Source: Thermococcus kodakarensis KOD1
GTDB taxonomy: Archaea > Methanobacteriota_B > Thermococci > Thermococcales > Thermococcaceae
DNA: 32,000 nucleotides
Direction of reading: 5' to 3'
Assembly: GCF_000009965.1 (NCBI RefSeq)
Contig: NC_006624.1
Location: forward strand, 30,001 to 62,000
In this document: positions 25,059 to 32,000 of the stretch, piece after piece
Layout of the letters: each line of letters begins with the position of its first letter
Numbering within the stretch: the first letter of the stretch is position 1
Notes under the pieces: generated by a model
The model's database searches: none
What the model saw: only the letters and a program-made list of their open reading frames with translations
Told to the model about the DNA's origin: nothing
Made by a program: the position numbers and the translations under genes

Positions 25059-25607
25059 GTGTTCACCATGATCCACAGGATCGCATCAACGGAAAAGAGG
25101 GAAAGGATTCTTGAATACATACTGGAGAAAGAGGAGTTTGGGGTTGAGGAGGTAAGTGGTGCACTGGGAATCAGCAAGGGGCTGGTTTCGCTTTACCTCA
25201 AAGAACTCCTTGGGCTTGGGCTGCTGGAGAAAAAGGGGAGGAAGTTCTTCTTAAAGTCTGGGGCAGAGCTCAGGGAAACGAAGAGGTTCCTCAACTTCTG
25301 GATGCTCAGGGATAAAATTCTTCCACTAAGAGAAGAGTGGATGCTCGCCCTCGGTGTTTACGGTAGCTTCGCTCGCGGTGAAAACGGGCCCGAGAGTGAC
25401 CTCGACATATGGGTTTTAGTTGAAAAAAACGACCCGCTCAGGATTATGGAATTCAAAGAGGAGCTTGAAACTGTTACTGAGAGGGAAATCGATCTTCTCG
25501 TGCTTACGAGGGAAAAACTGGCCCGTTTGAAGGAAGAAAACCCGTACCTATATTGGGGTATCAAACTTTCCTCCCTTGTCCTGTGGGGTGAACTCGGTGA
25601 GGTTTGA
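25059..25607 (+). CDS. HTH-fused nucleotidyltransferase (MNT-type antitoxin candidate)
   Basis: N-terminal wHTH (EEFGVEEVSGALGISKGLVSLYLKELLGLGLLEK), then the MNT motif VYGSFARGENGPESDLDIWVLV. Confidence 0.85.
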   Translation: MFTMIHRIASTEKRERILEYILEKEEFGVEEVSGALGISKGLVSLYLKELLGLGLLEKKGRKFFLKSGAELRETKRFLNFWMLRDKILPLREEWMLALGVYGSFARGENGPESDLDIWVLVEKNDPLRIMEFKEELETVTEREIDLLVLTREKLARLKEENPYLYWGIKLSSLVLWGELGEV

Positions 25608-26019
25608 GGAGTGCGTAGAGAAGGGCTATCTGAGGCGAATGGAGCCCCAGCGAGAACTAGCTCGCCTTAGCATTCGCAAGGCACGTTCCTTCTTGGAGTC
25701 ATCCCGAAAGAACCTTGAGATGGGGATATACGACGGTGCACTCGTAATGGCTTACCTTGCAATGTTTCATGCTGCGAGGGCTTTGCTTTTCAAAGATGGA
25801 TGGCGGGAGAAGAGTCACGCTTGCATTTCAGCTTATCTCAGGGAATTCTACGTAAAACCTGGCCTTCTCGACGTTAAGTGGGTGAGGTATCTGGACTACG
25901 TCAGAAACCTGAGACATCAAACCCAGTACGACGTGGGTTTCTCTCCAGACCCTGAGGAAATCACGGACATCCTTCCGAAGATTGAGGAGTTTATAGGAGT
26001 TGTTGAAAAGCTGGTATGA
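25597..26019 (+). CDS. HEPN-domain protein (candidate toxin partner)
   Basis: ARLSIRKARSFLESSRKNLEMGIYDGALVMAYLAMFHAARALLFKDGW...YVRNLRHQTQYDV. The start is ambiguous (track 25576; GTG 25597 or ATG 25639). Confidence 0.8.
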   Translation: MRFEECVEKGYLRRMEPQRELARLSIRKARSFLESSRKNLEMGIYDGALVMAYLAMFHAARALLFKDGWREKSHACISAYLREFYVKPGLLDVKWVRYLDYVRNLRHQTQYDVGFSPDPEEITDILPKIEEFIGVVEKLV

Positions 26020-26063
26020 GAAAACGTTATCAGTCCTGAGGAAGACATGGGAGTGGTGGGAAG

Positions 26064-26264
26064 ATGGGAGAGGTGAACGTTAGGGTAGTAGTCCCTGATG
26101 GGATGGAAGAAATTTTCAAAAAGGAACTTTCGGTGCTCCTGGAGGCTCTTTGGAAGGCCAAGAAAAAGCCGAGAGTGAAAGTTAAGGACATATTTGGAAT
26201 GATGCCCTCAGAAAAATCGGCAAAAGAGCTGAGGATGGAGTTCTATGAAGAGGTATTTGGTTGA
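26064..26264 (+). CDS. VapB-like antitoxin candidate
   Basis: 66-aa protein (MGEVNVRVVVPDGMEEIFKKELSVLLEAL...) overlapping the start of a PIN-domain gene. Confidence 0.6.
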   Translation: MGEVNVRVVVPDGMEEIFKKELSVLLEALWKAKKKPRVKVKDIFGMMPSEKSAKELRMEFYEEVFG

Positions 26265-26709
26265 TTCTTCGGTCATTCTGGAGGCCCTCAGAGGAAATCC
26301 CCAGGCGAAGGAACTGCTTGAGTCCTTAGAAGATAATCCAAAGTTCATAAATCCCATAATCTTCAGCGAGGTTCTCTTTGTGTTCATTAAACAGGTAACC
26401 GGGAAGAGTTACTTGACACTCAGAAACAGCGTTAGGGAAATAAATGCATACGGAGATAAAATCGAAAAGCTCTACCTCTTCTTAAGGGACAACTTTGTAG
26501 AACTGCCGATTACCGAAGAAATCAGCGATATGGCCTTTGGTTTTCTAAAGAAATACGGCCTCCTGCCGAACGATGCAATTATCCTTGCCACAGCCAAGTT
26601 TTATGAGCTTTCACTAGTCACTATGGACTCGGATTTTAAGAAAGCATCAACTGAGGAGGGAGTTGAGTGCGTTTGTGGTTTGGGCAATGGAGGTGATTCA
26701 AATGGTTAA
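26245..26709 (+). CDS. vapC: PIN-domain toxin (VapC family)
   Basis: MKRYLVDSSVILEALRGN...GLLPNDAIILATAKFYELSLVTMDSDFKKA carries the acidic PIN motifs. Confidence 0.85.
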   Translation: MKRYLVDSSVILEALRGNPQAKELLESLEDNPKFINPIIFSEVLFVFIKQVTGKSYLTLRNSVREINAYGDKIEKLYLFLRDNFVELPITEEISDMAFGFLKKYGLLPNDAIILATAKFYELSLVTMDSDFKKASTEEGVECVCGLGNGGDSNG

Positions 26710-27268
26710 GCGAGGCCTCTTCGTCGGCCGCTTCCAGCCCGTCCACAACGGCCACATAAAGGCTCTTGAATTCGTTTTTTCGCAGGTCGATGAGGTAATC
26801 ATTGGCATCGGTAGCGCTCAGGCCAGCCATACCTTGAAGAACCCGTTCACAACGAGCGAGAGAATGGAGATGCTGATAAGGGCGCTTGAGGAGGCGGAGC
26901 TAACTGAAAAGAGATACTACCTAATCCCGCTCCCTGACATAAACTTCAACGCCATATGGGCGACCTACGTTGTGAGCATGGTTCCGCGCTTTGACGTGGT
27001 CTTCACTGGTAACTCCCTCGTTGCCCAGCTATTCAGAGAGAAGGGCTACGAGGTCATCGTCCAGCCGATGTTCAGGAAGGACATTCTCTCTGCTACTGAG
27101 ATAAGGAGGCGCATGGTCGAGGGTGAGCCCTGGGAAGAGCTCGTTCCCAGGAGCGTTGCAGAGTTCATTAGGGAGATCAAGGGCGTTGAGAGGATAAAGA
27201 TGCTTGCAACGAACCTGGAAAGCTCGGAGAAGGAGCTTCAGGCGCCGATAAGGATTCCAGAATTTTAA
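26702..27268 (+). CDS. nadM: Nicotinamide-nucleotide adenylyltransferase (archaeal NMNAT)
   Basis: MVKRGLFVGRFQPVHNGHIKAL...ISATEIR-like motif (LSATEIRRRMVEGEPW). Confidence 0.92.
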   Translation: MVKRGLFVGRFQPVHNGHIKALEFVFSQVDEVIIGIGSAQASHTLKNPFTTSERMEMLIRALEEAELTEKRYYLIPLPDINFNAIWATYVVSMVPRFDVVFTGNSLVAQLFREKGYEVIVQPMFRKDILSATEIRRRMVEGEPWEELVPRSVAEFIREIKGVERIKMLATNLESSEKELQAPIRIPEF

Positions 27269-27603
27269 AGTTGCTCGGGCGTCTCTTCTTTTTCTTCCTG
27301 ATAAACCTTCCCGATGTAGCCCATTACGTCGTGAATTATGAAAAAGCTCATAGCGGCGTCCACCGCGTACAACAGCGCTCCTGATATCAGGTAGAAAAGC
27401 GCCATCAGGAACTCAAGGCCAGCAAAGACGAGTGCAATTTTAACAGCGGTTCTGTTTCCTTTACCTGTCCCGTATGCCAGTGCCAGAGCAAACAGTGAGA
27501 ACGCCAGATAAACCTCGGAGCCCGTTCGATAGTAATACGCCATAAACATTAGCCCGTAGATGGTCAGGAGGAGCGTTGAGATCATAAGGGGTTTAAGCCT
27601 CAT
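27265..27603 (-). CDS. Hypothetical membrane protein
   Basis: 112 aa with three or four predicted TM segments; overlaps the upstream cas4-like stop. Confidence 0.65.
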   Translation of the reverse strand: MRLKPLMISTLLLTIYGLMFMAYYYRTGSEVYLAFSLFALALAYGTGKGNRTAVKIALVFAGLEFLMALFYLISGALLYAVDAAMSFFIIHDVMGYIGKVYQEEKEETPEQL

Positions 27604-28247
27604 TCCGAGTCCTCCCAGTCCCTATCCGGATAGCAGATGTGCCTGTAGGGGCAGAACCTGCAGGCATAGCTCTTCCAGCCCTCGGGAAGACGGTCGTTTT
27701 CGTAGGCTTTCTTAACCTTGTAGAAGTGGCGAAGTGTTTCCTTGAACAGGGATTTGTCGTAGGGCACCTCAAAAACCCTGAAGTTGGGGCCCTTTATCAC
27801 GGGGAAAGACGAGATGTCCAGCTTGTTGATGATTTTCATCGGTTCTTCGTGTAGCTTTATGTAATAGAGGTAGCCGTATTCAGCCTCCGCCCATCGAAGA
27901 TAGACGTTGAGCTGGGCAAGGTGGTAGTCGTAGGGCACCTTTGGCAGGCTGGTCTTTCCCTTAATCTCGATTGGAAAGTCTTTAAATGCATCTATCCGCC
28001 CGTGTATCTCGAATCCGAGCTTGCTGGAGCGCAGGACAAGGTGCTTTTCGAGTTCAACGCCAAAGCGCTCCTGAAGTATCTGTCCGAGTATCTGGTGGGT
28101 GTTGATGCCCTGGTTGAGCCTGACCCTCACGAACTCCGGCCACTTTTGAGGATATCCCTTGAGCCTGAAGTAAATCCTCCTCGGGCAGGTTAGGGCCTCG
28201 CTGGCGTAGAACTCGATGAGGCCGTCGCCCTCTTCGTTGCCGTTCAT
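27600..28247 (-). CDS. Cas4-like PD-(D/E)XK nuclease (RecB family), not CRISPR-linked here
   Basis: FYASEALTCPRRIYF, GRIDAFKDFPIEIKGKTS and C-terminal CRFCPYRHIC. Start ATG 28247 is preceded by GGAGGTGA; the track start is 28277. Confidence 0.8.
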   Translation of the reverse strand: MNGNEEGDGLIEFYASEALTCPRRIYFRLKGYPQKWPEFVRVRLNQGINTHQILGQILQERFGVELEKHLVLRSSKLGFEIHGRIDAFKDFPIEIKGKTSLPKVPYDYHLAQLNVYLRWAEAEYGYLYYIKLHEEPMKIINKLDISSFPVIKGPNFRVFEVPYDKSLFKETLRHFYKVKKAYENDRLPEGWKSYACRFCPYRHICYPDRDWEDSE

Positions 28248-28263
28248 CGCTTCACCTCCATAA

Positions 28264-28297
28264 GCGGGGCGGATCATCGGCCCGCAAACCTCCCCGC
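28264..28297 (-). promoter_or_regulatory. GC-rich hairpin in 5' leader of cas4-like gene
   Basis: GCGGGG(28264-28269) and CCCCGC(28292-28297) are complementary. They lie just upstream of the GGAGGTGA RBS, directly after the C/D sRNA candidate. Confidence 0.45.
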
Positions 28298-28300
28298 CCC

Positions 28301-28358
28301 TGCGTCAGCTAATACCGACGTCATCACAGTTCAGACTGGGCAAGGGTCGTCATCCGCG
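28301..28358 (-). ncRNA. Box C/D guide sRNA candidate
   Basis: Minus strand: CGC-GGATGA-CGACCCTTGCCCAGT-CTGA-ACTG-TGATGA-CGTCGGTATTAG-CTGA-CGCA. The C, D', C' and D boxes have canonical spacing, and TTTAAA lies at 28383-28388, about 25-30 nt upstream. Confidence 0.8.
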
Positions 28359-28402
28359 AAGAAAAGTTGAGGGAGGGAAGAATTTAAAGGTTCTGGTTTG
28401 AA

Positions 28403-28762
28403 TCAGAGGACAACTCGTCTTTTCCGCTTTATCGAATAGCTCAGCCCGTAGGCCGGCCAGAGGCTCGGGGGGCTTTCATAGTGGTGCAAATTCCTTAAAA
28501 CCTTCTCGGCGTTCTTCTTATTTCTGGCCTTGACCCTCAGTCTGCCCTCGTCAAGCTCAATATCCGCGTCGGGAAGGTGTACCACGAGCTTCGAGCCCAT
28601 AACTTCGGGTCTGGCCCTCATCAAAAGCCGGCGGTAGTTTTCGTAGGCCTCCCTGCTGAGGGTCTGCTCCAAAACAGCCTCTTCTTTCTTCTTACCCAAA
28701 AGGCCGAAAAACCGACTATTCGGGGGTTCGTCCTCCATACCCTTCATCGACCTCCGGTTCAA
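28403..28762 (-). CDS. Conserved hypothetical protein
   Basis: 119 aa, strongly biased to archaeal codon usage: MNRRSMKGMEDEPPNSRFFGLLGKKKEEAVLEQTLSREAYENYRRLL... Confidence 0.6.
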   Translation of the reverse strand: MNRRSMKGMEDEPPNSRFFGLLGKKKEEAVLEQTLSREAYENYRRLLMRARPEVMGSKLVVHLPDADIELDEGRLRVKARNKKNAEKVLRNLHHYESPPSLWPAYGLSYSIKRKRRVVL

Positions 28763-28867
28763 ACGTTGTCTATTTTTATCTCTCGCCGTTTCATCTTTTA
28801 AGCCTTTCTCATCGTTTTTTGACGAAACGACGGAACCCTTTTAAAGCTCATCCCCGTGTTTACTCCG

Positions 28868-29704
28868 ATGCGGACGCAGGTAATCAAGCCTCGAATACGG
28901 GAAATACTCTCAAAGGAGCTTCCTCCTGAGCTTGTATCTCTCCTCCCCAAGCACTGGGTTCAGATAGGGGACGTTTTAATTCTCCCGCTAAGACCCGAGC
29001 TTGAGCCTTACAAAAGGAGGATAGCCGAAGTTTATGCTCAAGTTATCGGCGCAAAGGCAGTATTGAGAAAAGGCCACATCCACGGCGAAACAAGGAAGCC
29101 CGACTACGAGCTCTTGTATGGGAACGACACTATTACGGTTCACGTTGAAAACGGCGTTAAGTACAAGCTGGACGTTGCTAGGATAATGTTTTCACCCGCC
29201 AACGTAAAGGAGCGCGTTAGGATGGCAGAGGTAGCCAAGCCTGGCGAGCTTGTAGTTGATATGTTCGCCGGAATCGGTCATCTCAGTCTTCCGATGACCG
29301 TCCACAAGGGTGCTAGGGTCATTGCAATCGAAAAAGACCCCTACACCTTCCGCTTTTTGGTTGAGAACATCTGGCTCAACGGCGTTCAGGATTTGATGAC
29401 GCCGTACAACATGGACAACCGCGACTTTCCCGCAGAAAACATCGCCGACAGGATTCTCATGGGGTATGTTGTCACTACCCATGAGTTCATCCCAAAAGCC
29501 CTGAGCATAGCGAAAGATGAGGCAATAATCCACTATCACAACACCGTTCCAGAGAGGCTAAGGCCTGAGGAACCCTTCGCAACCTTCAAGAGAATCGCAA
29601 GGGAGCACGGCTACGAGGCTGAGAAGCTGAAGGAGCTGGTGATAAAGCGCTACGCCCCAGGAGTCTGGCACGTTGTTGTCGATATCGGGGTTTACAAGAG
29701 GTAG
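28868..29704 (+). CDS. taw2: tRNA(Phe) wyosine-pathway aminocarboxypropyltransferase / Trm5-like protein
   Basis: MRTQVIKPRIREILSKELPPELVSLLPKHWVQIGDVLILPL...VVDMFAGIGHLSLPM...YHNTVPERLRPEEPF. Length and motifs are typical of Taw2; separation from Trm5 needs a search. Confidence 0.75.
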   Translation: MRTQVIKPRIREILSKELPPELVSLLPKHWVQIGDVLILPLRPELEPYKRRIAEVYAQVIGAKAVLRKGHIHGETRKPDYELLYGNDTITVHVENGVKYKLDVARIMFSPANVKERVRMAEVAKPGELVVDMFAGIGHLSLPMTVHKGARVIAIEKDPYTFRFLVENIWLNGVQDLMTPYNMDNRDFPAENIADRILMGYVVTTHEFIPKALSIAKDEAIIHYHNTVPERLRPEEPFATFKRIAREHGYEAEKLKELVIKRYAPGVWHVVVDIGVYKR

Positions 29705-29860
29705 CTACTCCCTTTCTCCCCAGAGAGGCTCCCAGTCGTCGCAGACGAAGTTCATGTGAACGGTTTTCATGTGCTTCCTGCATATCCCGTGGTTCGGCAG
29801 GCAGGAATCTATCGGGCCGAACCAGCGGCAGTTCTTGCAGGCTTTTAGGTTCTGATTCAT
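29705..29860 (-). CDS. Cys-rich 51-aa protein (probable zinc/metal binding)
   Basis: MNQNLKACKNCRWFGPIDSCLPNHGICRKHMKTVHMNFVCDDWEPLWGERE. The 5' part of the 124-aa track ORF is low-quality antisense sequence. Confidence 0.6.
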   Translation of the reverse strand: MNQNLKACKNCRWFGPIDSCLPNHGICRKHMKTVHMNFVCDDWEPLWGERE

Positions 29861-29898
29861 TGGGATCACTGGGGAAGAAGGGGAAATAAAAAGAGGGC

Positions 29899-31800
29899 TC
29901 AAATTCCAGCCCCGATGTCCTCCGCGATGTCCGGGAGGTCGAGGGCGATGAGCTTGGCCTTGGTCGGGATTCCGTCCCTGCTCCAGCCACGGGCCTGGTA
30001 GTACTCGTCGAGCATCCTGTCGAGCTCCCACGGCGGGACGTGCAGGCCCTTGCTGACTCCCTCCGGGATCGGCTCCCACATGATCCTGTACGGGAGCGTG
30101 TCGTCCTTCCTGCTGAAGCCTTCCCTGACGTTGAAGGCCCTGGCTATGTTCATTATCCTCTCGCCGATGACCATCAGCTCTGCCTCGCCGATGTTCATGC
30201 CGGTAACGGCCTCGATGAGCTCAGGGAAGCCCTCGAGGAAGTACATGTGCCTTGAGAACTTGCACGTTCCGGTGGCGTCGTAGATCGCCATGAGGTTCTC
30301 GTGGAAGGCTATCTCGAATCCCTTGTTCTCGCCCTTCGTCCTGTCAACGCCGTCGAACTTCCACCACCTGCCGACGAGCTCGGTTCCGTAGGCTCCGGCT
30401 GTGAGGTGGTCGGCACCGCGGACGCTGACCGCAAAGGCAAGCGCCATTCCCTTTATGCCGCGGACATCGTAAGCTGGCGGCTCCATGCCCTTGACGTGCA
30501 TGGCGAACTTCCAGCTCTCCTTTCCAAGCCTCTCGCTGGCCCTCTTGACACCGTCAGCAAGGAGCTTTCCGAGGTTGCCCTCGCGGTAGGCCATCTTTCT
30601 GAGGGCCTCAACTGCCGCCTCGCCGTTGCCAAAGGTGAGCTCTATGCCATCGGTGTCCTCTTTGGTGAGGAGACCGCGCTCGTAGGCTTCCATGGCCCAT
30701 GCGATTGTGACACCCGCGGAGATTGTATCGAGACCGTACTGGTCGGCGAGGTAGTTGAGATAAGCTACTGTCTCAAAGTCGTCTATTTCCAGCACACCGC
30801 CAAAGGAGTAGAGGGTCTCGTACTCTGGGCCGTCGACCATGAAGGTGCCCCACTTCTTGCTCTCGACCTTCACGTACTGGCTGCACGGCTTGTTACAGAG
30901 CGGGCACGGCCTCCTTCCAGCGCGGTACTTCGGCGCCCAGAAGTAGGGGTCTATGCCGATGTGCTCCCTTCCCTCCTCCTTGGCTTTCTCGTAGGCCTTC
31001 TTGAAGAAGCCCATCTGCCAGTTCCTGACCGGGAAGGTTCCCCTCTCGCGGTTCATCCAGTCGAGGAACTCGCCGCTTCCATACTCCATGTCGGCCTTTG
31101 TAGCAGGGTGGTCCTTGAAGATGAGCGCCCACTTCTTTATCAGCTCGCGGAGCTTCTCTGGGTCGGCTATCGGGACCTTCTTGCTACCCTTGACGAGGAT
31201 TCCCTTGAGCTTCTTGCTTCCAAGGACCGCACCGGGGCCGCCCCTGGCCGCCTGCCTCTCGTCGGTCTCAATTATTGAGATGAGGCTGAGCCTCTCACCG
31301 GCCGGGCCGATGAAAGCGGTTGCGTAGCCTGGGTACTCCTCCTTGGCCTTGCTCCTCGCCTCACCGGTGGTGAGGCCCCAGTAGGCATCGGCGGGAACTA
31401 TCTTAACCTCGTCATCGTTGATAACCAGAAGGACGGGCTCTTCGCTCTGGCCCTCGATTATGAGCATGTCGTAGCCGGCCCTCTTGAGCTGGACGCCGAG
31501 CTCGGCACCGGCCATTGCCCTACCGTAGCCGCCTGTGAGTGGACTCTTGAAGTTAAAAGCGGTCTTTGAGCCGGTTCCTATACCTGTGTCAACGAAGAGA
31601 CCGGGTGTTATTATCATCTTGTTCTCGGGCCCGAGCGGGTCGGCTCCTTTTGGAACCTCCTCGTAGAGAACCCTCGTTCCAAAACCGACGCCGCCGAGGT
31701 ACTTCCTCGGGAACTCCTCGGGAAGGGGCTCGACTTTGACTTCCTTGGTGGTTAGGTTAACTCTCAGAATCTTTCCCCAGTATCCGCCCTTGGCTTCCAT
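29899..31800 (-). CDS. Aldehyde:ferredoxin oxidoreductase family (tungstopterin) enzyme
   Basis: YWGKILRVNLTTKEVKVEPLPEEFPRKYLGGVGF, SPLTGGYGRAMAGAELGVQLKRAGYDMLIIEG, CPLCNKPC and DATGTCKFSR. Confidence 0.92.
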   Translation of the reverse strand: MEAKGGYWGKILRVNLTTKEVKVEPLPEEFPRKYLGGVGFGTRVLYEEVPKGADPLGPENKMIITPGLFVDTGIGTGSKTAFNFKSPLTGGYGRAMAGAELGVQLKRAGYDMLIIEGQSEEPVLLVINDDEVKIVPADAYWGLTTGEARSKAKEEYPGYATAFIGPAGERLSLISIIETDERQAARGGPGAVLGSKKLKGILVKGSKKVPIADPEKLRELIKKWALIFKDHPATKADMEYGSGEFLDWMNRERGTFPVRNWQMGFFKKAYEKAKEEGREHIGIDPYFWAPKYRAGRRPCPLCNKPCSQYVKVESKKWGTFMVDGPEYETLYSFGGVLEIDDFETVAYLNYLADQYGLDTISAGVTIAWAMEAYERGLLTKEDTDGIELTFGNGEAAVEALRKMAYREGNLGKLLADGVKRASERLGKESWKFAMHVKGMEPPAYDVRGIKGMALAFAVSVRGADHLTAGAYGTELVGRWWKFDGVDRTKGENKGFEIAFHENLMAIYDATGTCKFSRHMYFLEGFPELIEAVTGMNIGEAELMVIGERIMNIARAFNVREGFSRKDDTLPYRIMWEPIPEGVSKGLHVPPWELDRMLDEYYQARGWSRDGIPTKAKLIALDLPDIAEDIGAGI

Positions 31801-31860
31801 ACCAGAATCACCTCGAAGGATTTTCGAATCAAAGATTATAAGCTCATCGAAAGAAGTTCT

Positions 31861-31872
31861 GTTTTATAAAAA
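31861..31872 (-). promoter_or_regulatory. TATA-box of the AOR-family gene
   Basis: Plus-strand gttttataaaaa (minus TTTTTATAAAAC), about 60 nt upstream of start 31800; GAGGTGA RBS at about 31807-31813. Confidence 0.5.
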
Positions 31873-32000
31873 CCGAAACATTAAGCTGTTGTGTTATCCT
31901 CCAGTGTATCTCGTACTCTCTACGGGGCTCAATATTGGATATCGAGGAGAAACAACATACTTCATGGAAATATCAGCGACTAGGGTTCCGCGAATCTAAC

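Noticed and set aside
27265-28403. Possible CRISPR locus suggested by a Cas4-like gene
   Set aside because: No direct repeats with regular spacers and no cas1/cas2 or effector genes anywhere in the window.
30301-31278. 325-aa plus-strand ORF
   Set aside because: Antisense to the well-supported AOR-family gene; shadow ORF caused by codon bias.

Overview
The window looks like a Thermococcales (Thermococcus/Pyrococcus-type) chromosome segment. This is inferred from gene content, a CGP-CTERM protein, a GGAGGTGA-type RBS and BRE/TATA promoters. The first half is an archaellum locus: earA-like regulator, a fla-associated methyltransferase, five tandem archaellins (one with a ~300 aa insertion), flaC, flaD/E, flaF, flaG, flaH, flaI, flaJ, and an uncharacterised secreted/TM protein overlapping flaJ. 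The rest holds housekeeping and accessory genes: pcm (apparent frameshift), HAD proteins, an A24-type prepilin peptidase with a small Q.E-type pilin, tandem ASCH proteins, a CDP-alcohol phosphatidyltransferase, aTrm56, a SAM-hydrolase family protein, HTH-MNT/HEPN and VapBC-like modules, NMN adenylyltransferase, a Cas4-like nuclease, Taw2 and an AOR-family oxidoreductase. The most notable unannotated signals are compact guide-RNA candidates, all on the minus strand. They are a tandem H/ACA + C/D pair (about 17908-17790), a C/D RNA just after the phosphatidyltransferase stop codon (about 21476-21413), and a C/D RNA in the 5' leader of the cas4-like gene (about 28358-28301). Two of them carry guides that match conserved 23S rRNA segments as I recall them. 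Other notable signals are a perfect 24-bp palindrome containing TACATA boxes upstream of the archaellin promoter, a possible internal translation start in flaD, and a G6 slippery-like frameshift in pcm. No CRISPR array, tRNA, rRNA or transposon was recognised.
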